Shown here: piece after piece, positions 8,997 through 15,089 of the stretch | How positions within the stretch are numbered: the first letter of the stretch is position 1 | How the letters are laid out: the number at the start of each line of letters is the position of its first letter | Assembly: GCA_046726415.1 (NCBI GenBank) | Contig: JBKPAK010000029.1 | Location: forward strand, 1 to 15,089 | Reading direction: 5' to 3' | Source of the DNA: Candidatus Methylomirabilota bacterium | Lineage (GTDB): Bacteria > Methylomirabilota > Methylomirabilia > Rokubacteriales > CSP1-6 | DNA length: 15,089 nucleotides | Notes under the pieces: generated by a model | What the model saw: the letters and a program-made list of their open reading frames with translations, nothing else | The model's database searches: none | Told to the model about the DNA's origin: nothing | Made by a program: the position numbers and the translations under genes

Positions 8997-10220
8997 TTAC
9001 AGAGCAGCGCCCGCAACCGCCCCCACGGCGTCGGGAACAGCGTTGGGAATCGAGCGGGCCCGTTCCAAGCGTACGGCCCACCGTCCATCATCGTCGCCGG
9101 GGATCCACCTTATATAGTGTTGCAGTGTGGTGGTGATCTTCACGTGCCCCATCTGTTTCGCCACGTAGGCGATCGGGGCGGGCGGGACGTCCCTCGCGGG
9201 GTCATCGTCGTGCCGCCCGGCGAGCAGGTGACAAGCATAGGTGTGGCGTAGATCGTAAAGCCGATGCCGCGCCACGCCGGCCCGCACGAGGGAGCGCTTG
9301 AGGCGGTGCGACCACGTCTTGACGTTTGCCGGCCGCTCGCCGAGGCCCTCGGCCATGACCCACGCCACGGGCTCGCGGCCGGCGAGCAGGGCCTCAGCCT
9401 CCACCGCGGTCTGCCGGGCATCGAGGGCCGCCGCGAGCCGGGGCGTCAGTGTCACCCGGCGCGCCTGCCCGGTCTTCGTGCTCTTCACCCGACCATGCGC
9501 GAGTGAACGCCCGACGTTGAGCGTCCGCCCCACGGGGTCGAAGTCGGGCCACTGGAGGGCCAGGCCCTCGCTCGGGCGGAGCCCGGTGTCGGCGAGGAGC
9601 ATGAAGTAGAACCACTCCCGTGGGCGCGCGAAGGCCAGGAGCGCGCCTAGCTCTTCATGTGAGAGCGGACGCACCGCCTTATCCCGGTCGCTCTGTCCGA
9701 CGGTGTCGGGCCCCTTGCGCCCGGGTCGCGTGAGGTTGGCGCAGGGATTCATGGGGAGCAGGCCAGCCTCCACTGCATCGCCAAGCGCTACCGAGAGCGC
9801 GCTCCGGATAAGTCGCACCGTGTTCTTCGAGAGCCCCGCGCCCCGCTTGGCCGCCAAGAACGCCTTAACGCGGTCGCGGGTGATCGCGTCGAGGCGTAGA
9901 GGGCCAAACTCGGGCAGCACGTGCTGTCGGAAGAGGTAGCGATACGAATGGCGCGTGTGCTCGGCGAGGTGGGGGAGGGTCCCGCTCTGCCACTGCTCCA
10001 CCCAGGCCGCGAACATCGGCGCCGTCGCCCTCTTCGGCCCGATGCCGGCCTCGCCTCGGAGAATCTTCGCCCGCGCGACGCCAGCCAGCTCGCGCGCCAC
10101 CGTGCGGCTGATGCCTCGGCCCAACCGGGTTACATGGCGCTGGCCCTGGAACATGAAATCGAGGTACCACGTGCCGCCCTTGCCACCCCGTTGATAGAGT
10201 CCGTCACCGCGTCGCGCCAT
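8997..10220 (-). CDS. Tyrosine recombinase / phage-type integrase
   Basis: 407 aa. Arm-binding-like N-terminus (GLYQRGGKGGTWYLDF), core-binding SAM-like region (HVLPEFGPLRLDAITRDRV), and catalytic R (TGLRPSE), K (TKTG), YDLRH, GH and nucleophile Y (LQHY). RBS GAGGAGG. Confidence 0.95.
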   Translation of the reverse strand: MARRGDGLYQRGGKGGTWYLDFMFQGQRHVTRLGRGISRTVARELAGVARAKILRGEAGIGPKRATAPMFAAWVEQWQSGTLPHLAEHTRHSYRYLFRQHVLPEFGPLRLDAITRDRVKAFLAAKRGAGLSKNTVRLIRSALSVALGDAVEAGLLPMNPCANLTRPGRKGPDTVGQSDRDKAVRPLSHEELGALLAFARPREWFYFMLLADTGLRPSEGLALQWPDFDPVGRTLNVGRSLAHGRVKSTKTGQARRVTLTPRLAAALDARQTAVEAEALLAGREPVAWVMAEGLGERPANVKTWSHRLKRSLVRAGVARHRLYDLRHTYACHLLAGRHDDDPARDVPPAPIAYVAKQMGHVKITTTLQHYIRWIPGDDDGRWAVRLERARSIPNAVPDAVGAVAGAAL

Positions 10221-10316
10221 CAGGTGCCCTCCTCACTCATGAACGCTCTCCCCCCCCCCAGCCTCCGGCCTCGGCGGCAGCGCCACGACGTTGGCGCCAG
10301 TTGGTCCCGTCCTGCA

Positions 10317-10592
10317 CTATCCCTTCATCCAGATCTCGTGGCAGGTTTCGTGAAATCGACGCTCGCCTGATACCCAGTGGGACTCGGCCCGGATTTCCTT
10401 ATCGCACGCACAGCAGATCTTCCCAGCTTCGCGCGCAAAGCGGTCGGGGTCGCGCTGATACCGTGTTATCAGGCCCTGCACGATCCTGTCCCGAACCGTC
10501 GCAGCGATCTCCGCGCATTTCGGACATGCACCCTCGTCGTCGATCTGCCCGGTAGCGCCACAAGCCTCGTACTTGCACGTCCCCATAGCCAT
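10317..10592 (-). CDS. Small Cys/His-rich hypothetical protein (putative double Zn finger)
   Basis: 91 aa with C-x4-C..CxxC and (C)CxC..HxxC. Strong RBS AAGGAG immediately after the XRE stop, so probably co-transcribed. Confidence 0.7.
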   Translation of the reverse strand: MAMGTCKYEACGATGQIDDEGACPKCAEIAATVRDRIVQGLITRYQRDPDRFAREAGKICCACDKEIRAESHWVSGERRFHETCHEIWMKG

Positions 10593-10604
10593 AGCCTTAC
10601 TCCT

Positions 10605-10808
10605 TCACTCCAGCAGATCCGTCACCGGCACGCCGAGGGCGCGGGCGAGCTTCTTCAAGGTCGGAAGGGACGGCTGCTTCCGCGCGCCCGTCTCAAGCAT
10701 CGCGATATAGGCTCCGGTCACTTTCGCCTTCTTCGCGAGGCCGCGCTGGGTCATCCCTTGTTGCTCACGAAGCCGACGAATCATGGCACTCAGCCTCTTG
10801 GGCGACAT
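10605..10808 (-). CDS. XRE/Cro-like helix-turn-helix transcriptional regulator
   Basis: IRRLREQQGMTQRGLAKKAKVTGAYIAMLETGARKQPSLPTLKKLARALGVPVTDLL is a classic HTH_3 pattern. Alternative start ATG 10784, preceded by AAGAGG. Confidence 0.92.
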   Translation of the reverse strand: MSPKRLSAMIRRLREQQGMTQRGLAKKAKVTGAYIAMLETGARKQPSLPTLKKLARALGVPVTDLLE

Positions 10809-10836
10809 GCTAACAACCAGTTAGCACGACAGTCAA
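10807..10836 (-). promoter_or_regulatory. Sigma70 promoter with overlapping palindromic operator
   Basis: Minus strand TTGACT (10836-10831), 18 nt, then TAGCAT (10812-10807) with an extended TG. The perfect inverted repeat TGCTAAC-N5-GTTAGCA at 10808-10826 overlaps the spacer and -10. Confidence 0.72.
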
Positions 10837-10933
10837 GCGCGATTCTCCTGGTAGCGCACTCAGTTCACCAACCGCCGCGCCGTCCACGCCCGGAGGACCA
10901 TCGGCTTGTGTGCGGTGCCGGCTCGCTCTTGCC

Positions 10934-12041
10934 TCAGGCGCCGTCTTGCACGAATTTGAACCCCAGCCGGAGGGAGAGCTCCGCCCGAGTGAGCTCCTTG
11001 CCGAGATACGCGGCGTGGCCCAGCTGCGTGACCCAGCCATTTTTGATGATGGTTGAGTAGATGCTCTTGGCGTCGTGGCCCTCGATGACCCGCAAGAGAC
11101 GGTTGTCGTAGGCATAGTGTTCTACAAGGACTGATCCCTTCGCCGGCTGCTGGAGGATGACGAAGTAGCCCGCCCGGTCCATCTCTACACGGGGATTCCT
11201 GGGCCAGCACGACCGGCGTGACTGACGTAGCCTGTGGCGAAACTTCCTCGACGTGCGGCTCGGCGGAGTCTGGCTTGCGCCCCAGCTCCGTGATGGCATC
11301 GAGGATCTGCGCCGTGTCCTCGCGCCCTATGAGGTCAACGATGCGGACTTGCCGGCGGAAGGACTCGACCTCCTCACGCGTGACGTTCCGCAGGATTGGG
11401 TGCTTGCCGAGGGACCCGATGACACGCATGCGCTTATCGACACCGTTCGCACCGAGCGAGAGCAGTGTCTGGCCGCTTCGGTGTCCTTTTGGCTCTCTCC
11501 CCACGACCAACAGCGTGCGAATCGTGGGATTCATGATCGTGTTCTTGACGATCTTGTCGATCCCGATGTTTTCTGTCTCCGTCTTGCCGACGATGCAGAG
11601 TTCGCGCGGTCGGGCCGCCGCCAGCGCCTCAGCCAGCTCCACACTCGCGAGAGTTGAGACGGCCACCGGGCAGCTCGGGCCGTCACAGAAGGCGGAGTAC
11701 TCGCCGGGCACCGCCGGCCAGGTCTGCTCTTTGAGCTCGAACCCGCACGAGAGGGCCCGATCCTGGTAGGCCTCGGGGAACGCCTCCCGGACTACATTCA
11801 TGGCCACGGCGGGGAAGCAATGCTCGCACCCTAGACAGGCATACTGAATCGGCCGGAGCTGGCGCTGCCACTCCTCAACGAGGTTGACAAGCTCCCTGGC
11901 GGCGGGGACCTCGACTGCTGGGAGTCCGCTGCGGAGCACCTCCAGCGTTTCCTCCATGCACCCGCACTTCTGACACTTCACGAGCCCCATGCCCTCTTGA
12001 AGCGCGGCTCGCACCCGGTCTAGCGCGTCTCGGTCGGTCAT
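10934..12041 (-). pseudogene. Cys-cluster + MtrA-like corrinoid domain + DUF4346-like protein, split by a frameshift near 11190
   Basis: Frame 1 from ATG 12041: CQKCGC..CLGCEHC..WPAVPGEY..VAVSTLAS..IVGKTETENIGIDKIVKNTIMNPTIRTLLVVGREPKGHRSGQTLLSLGANGVD..RVIGSLGKHPILRNV..VESFRRQVRIVDLIG, which follows the MtrA pattern. Frame 2: MDRAGYFVI..VEHY..IEG..HAAYLGKELTRAELSLRLGFKFVQDGA, a DUF4346-like pattern, with stop at 10934. Confidence 0.8.
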
Positions 12042-12269
12042 GTTCCACCCCCATTGCACGTCACTCTCGCCGAGGGGCCCTCCCATCATTCGGGCATCCC
12101 TCGATGGCGCGATGCTACCTGAGAGGCCCCCAGAAGCGCACGGGCGGCTTCTGGCGAGACTTCCGTCGCTCGGAAGGGTGAGGACATCCGCCTACCGTCT
12201 CGGCGTAGCTGCTTTGTGCATGGCCATTCCGGTTGATCCGGCCCGGTCTAGCAGCATAGAAACTCGAGG

Positions 12270-13082
12270 ATGGAATCCTCGAGTGGACGAGGCCCGTTTG
12301 CTGCAGCTGTAGCCGGCGCCGGCGTCGGCATCCTGGGCGGTCTGCTCGGCTTGGGCGGTGCCGAGTTTAGGTTGCCGCTGCTCGTCACGATCTTTCGCTA
12401 CACGCTCCGCCGAGCGGTCTCGCTGAACCTCGCCATCAGCTTCGTGGCCGTCGTAGTGGCCGCTGCCTCCCGATGGGTCCTCGCCGAGCAGGCGCCCCTG
12501 GCGAGCGCGACAACGGTAGCCGTCTGCATGATGGTCGGCGGCATGGCCGGCGCGGCGCTCGGCTCCCGGTGGCTGGCGCGGCTCTCCGACGAGAGGCTTC
12601 ATACCGCGGTCAGGACACTCCTCGTGTCCATCGGTCTGCTCCTCATCATCGAATCGGTCACGCCGTGGACCGCGACCGGCCTGTCGGTCAGTCCTATCGT
12701 GGGCGGCATCGTGGCCGCGCTCGCGGGCGTCATCATCGGCGCGGTAAGCACCATCCTCGGCGTCGCCGGGGGTGAACTGATCATCCCGACACTGGTCCTG
12801 CTGTTCGGCCTGCCAATCAAAACCGCTGGGACGACGAGTCTGCTCATCAGCATCCCGACGATGCTCGTCGGGCTTGCGCGGCATCGGGCACGCGGGGCGT
12901 TTCAGGAGGTTGCCGAAGTTCGGCGCGTCGTGGTGCCGATGGGGATCGGCACGGTCCTCGGGAGTGCGTCAGGCGGCTTGCTGATCGCCTACGCGCCAGC
13001 CGGAGCCCTGAAGCTGCTCCTTGGCGTCGTCCTGATTGCCTCGGCGCTCCGAGTCTTCGAGACGCCGCGGGCCCGGGCTTGA
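12270..13082 (+). CDS. TauE/SafE (TSUP) family membrane transporter
   Basis: 270 aa, about 8 hydrophobic segments in two repeats, carrying GGLLGLGGAEFRLP and LGVAGGELIIPTL motifs. Confidence 0.9.
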   Translation: MESSSGRGPFAAAVAGAGVGILGGLLGLGGAEFRLPLLVTIFRYTLRRAVSLNLAISFVAVVVAAASRWVLAEQAPLASATTVAVCMMVGGMAGAALGSRWLARLSDERLHTAVRTLLVSIGLLLIIESVTPWTATGLSVSPIVGGIVAALAGVIIGAVSTILGVAGGELIIPTLVLLFGLPIKTAGTTSLLISIPTMLVGLARHRARGAFQEVAEVRRVVVPMGIGTVLGSASGGLLIAYAPAGALKLLLGVVLIASALRVFETPRARA

Positions 13083-13519
13083 GCGAGGCGTCGAACCGAC
13101 TGCCTAGGAGGGGCAAGTTGCTGCTGTTGTCGACGAGCATGAACTCTCCGAAATTGTCGAGCTGGACGCCGGGCTGATCTGTGGGTGTCCTGCGAAGATG
13201 TTAGGTCACCTGCCCAGAAAGCACAACGTACAGCGGGTGCGCCGGCTGGCACCCCCTAGCCACGGGGGTTACACCCGCCCGCCCGGCCCTCCGCGGCGCC
13301 GATGGTACACTCAACCCCGATCAAACGCCTGCCCAAGTACGCCGGCCTCTGTCTCGAACACCGCAAGGTCGTCGGGGGCGACAGTTACACTGACGTGTAG
13401 CACTGGGCCGTGTTTCACGCGAAGACGTGGCGCTGCTCGTCGCCGACGGTTGATGAAACTCGGGTCATCCGGCGACTGATCGACGAGCATGGCGGCATCG
13501 ACGTCGTGCTGGGGTCGAA

Positions 13520-13692
13520 ATGACCTGCGGTCAGTGTGTGGACGGCTGGGTCTGCGAGGTCCACCCGGACGCGGACTGCGTGGAGGAGTGCGGTGTAGGG
13601 ATGCCGTGCCCGAACCCCTCGTGTCCACTGTCGTGGGCGACGGAGACGGATCTCGTGACCGGCCTCGTCCGTCCGCATGGGACCGACGGTAC
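13520..13692 (+). pseudogene. N-terminal part of a small Cys-rich protein, truncated by fusion to an ATPase fragment
   Basis: MTCGQCVDGWVCEVHPDADCVEECGVGMPCPNPSCPLSW has 7 Cys and 1 His in 39 aa. After about 13693 the protein-like signal switches to another frame. Confidence 0.45.
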
Positions 13693-14286
13693 GTGGCCGG
13701 GCGCTCCCACGAGAGCGAGCAGATCCTGCCGTTCGGCCCCTGGGTCGACGCGTTGCGGGCCGGGCAGGTGGTGGAGGACCGGCGATGGTTCGCGACCCTG
13801 CCGCTGGCTATCCGGCGCGAGCTGGGACGTCTTCTTCCCGAGCTCGGGTCAGAGGATGGAGAGTCGGCGGCTCCTCCTGACTACCTACAGCTCTTCGAGG
13901 GGGTGGGCCTGCTCCTCGGGCATGTGGTGGAGGGGCAGCCGACAGTCCTGATCCTCGAAGACCTCCACTGGGGCGACGAGATGAGCGTCAGGTTGCTGGC
14001 GTTCATCGGACGTCGTCTTCAGGCGTGGCGGCTCCTCCTGATGGTGACGGTGCGCGGGGAGAACCTGGTCGACGCGCCGATGCTTCAGCGGACGCTCGCC
14101 GAGCTGGAGCGCGAGCCCCACGTGGCAACGTTGGGGCTCGGGCCACTTTCGAAGAGTGATACAGCCGACCTCGTCTAGGCGCTCGCGCGTCCGGGAAGTG
14201 GGGAAGCGGCGGTGGCTCGCCTGAGTGAACAGATATGGCGGACCAGCGGGGGGAATCCCTTCGTCGTGATCGAGGCGATGCGGGCG
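13693..14286 (+). pseudogene. Internal fragment of a STAND/AAA_16 NTPase (SARP/LuxR/cyclase-associated type)
   Basis: GRSHESEQILPFGPWVDAL..LGRLLPEL..LFEGV..VLILEDLHWGD (Walker B)..LGPLS. An in-frame TAG lies at 14176-14178, and the same frame continues as IWRTSGGNPFVVIEAMRA (GxP motif). Walker A and the C-terminal domains are absent. Confidence 0.82.
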
Positions 14287-14648
14287 GGTTCACCAAGCCG
14301 ACGACCGGCGGGCGGATCTTCTACAGTCTGCTGACCGTCTCCCTCGCGGCGGAGACCCTGGTCGAAAGTTTCCACGCCGGCCGTCTCGACGCGGGGTTCC
14401 TGGCGCGCTACGAGCGGCGCTGGCAAAGCATTCTGGTCCCTGAGCTCAGAGTGGCGCGCTGGCTTCGCCACGTTCTCGCCAAGTGCACGGACTTGGAGAT
14501 CGGTCAGCTGCTCGCCGCCTTCGTCAGCCGCGAGGGTCAGAACGCGGTACGGAAGGCGGCCCGCTTCAACTGGCACCGCGATCTGATCCTCACCCTCGCT
14601 CGCCATCGGCCGGTGGCCCTGCTCTTGGTGCGCCTCTTTGGCCGCTGA
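14274..14648 (+). pseudogene. 3' fragment of a geranylgeranyl-reductase-family FAD oxidoreductase
   Basis: GDAGGFTKPTTGGRIFYSL..LARYERRW matches the GDAAG..P.tGgGI FAD-binding motif and C-terminal helices of this family. The N-terminal Rossmann fold is missing. Confidence 0.72.
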
Positions 14649-14688
14649 AAGGAGACCGCCCGCCGCCGACGATTGAGCCCGGATGATC

Positions 14689-15089
14689 TCACCGGCTCGG
14701 TCTTGCCTGCTCCCGCACACACCACACGTTGCCCTTCCAACGGGCGTCGATTTCCCTTCTCGACACCAGCGCGCGCCGCCCTTCGTCGACGAAGTGCACG
14801 TCGAAGCCGAGCTCGTCCAAGTCGTCGAGAAGGCGTTGTCCGCCCGACCGTCCGCCCTCTTCGCTCGCGGTCAGGGCCTCAGGATTCAGCTCGACCATCA
14901 GCGTCACCGAACGGGCACGACGAACGAGTCGCCGCATGCCCCGCAGGACGAGCGGCTCGGCCCCTTCCACGTCGAGCTTGACCACGAACTGCCCTCCCTC
15001 GAACGGGTGGAGCTCGTGGTCCAGCGTGGTCGTCTCGACCCGCACATCCCACGCTCCCCCCAGATCCCACCATCGCCTCGCCATCAGCG
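14689..15089 (-). CDS. FkbM-family SAM methyltransferase, 3' part; begins beyond the right edge
   Basis: VETTTLD..VVKLDVEGAEPLVLRGM..LMVELNP..LDELGF is the FkbM (Methyltransf_21) C-terminal pattern. The frame is open to the window edge. Confidence 0.85.
   Translation of the reverse strand, partial: LMARRWWDLGGAWDVRVETTTLDHELHPFEGGQFVVKLDVEGAEPLVLRGMRRLVRRARSVTLMVELNPEALTASEEGGRSGGQRLLDDLDELGFDVHFVDEGRRALVSRREIDARWKGNVWCVREQARPSR

Larger units (their letters stand above)
8960..14286. mobile_element. Putative integrative element / genomic island (boundaries approximate)
   Basis: An integrase pointing toward a core gene boundary, an XRE regulator, small Cys-rich ORFs, accessory cargo and several gene fragments. 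No att repeat was found, so the right end is a guess. Confidence 0.55.

Noticed and set aside
10934-12041. Evidence for methanogenesis or a full Mtr complex
   Set aside because: Only an MtrA-like domain without a membrane anchor is present. There is no mtrB-H, and the surrounding genes (TolC system) indicate a diderm bacterium.
13311-13678. Minus-strand ORFs 13311..13628 and 13415..13678
   Set aside because: No recognisable motifs or RBS. The plus-strand frames show better gene-like signals (ATGA coupling, Cys pattern).
15040-15089. Possible frameshift in the FkbM gene (alternative frame reads ADGEAMVG)
   Set aside because: The main frame is open to the window edge, and there is too little upstream sequence to judge.

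Overview
High-GC bacterial window. The gene set and style suggest a soil or subsurface lineage such as Ca. Rokubacteria/Methylomirabilota, which is inference only. The left 8.95 kb looks like core chromosome. It holds the 5' part of a class II (B12-dependent) ribonucleotide reductase nrdJ with tandem NrdR boxes, then a divergent TolC + MacA-like adaptor + ABC ATPase + MacB-like permease operon. That operon ends in a coupled gene encoding a histone-like basic repeat joined to a TetR-C-like domain. Endonuclease IV (nfo) and an SRPBCC protein follow. From about 8.96 kb the window looks like an integrative element or island: a tyrosine integrase, a small Cys-rich protein and an XRE regulator with a palindromic operator over its promoter. 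The cargo is a frameshifted Cys-cluster/MtrA-like corrinoid/DUF4346-like gene divergent from a TauE/SafE transporter. A mosaic of gene fragments follows (Cys-rich ORF, STAND ATPase piece, geranylgeranyl-reductase-like tail), then the 3' end of an FkbM-family methyltransferase. No tRNA, rRNA, CRISPR array or att direct repeat was recognised. All family calls come from motif recognition by eye, not database searches.
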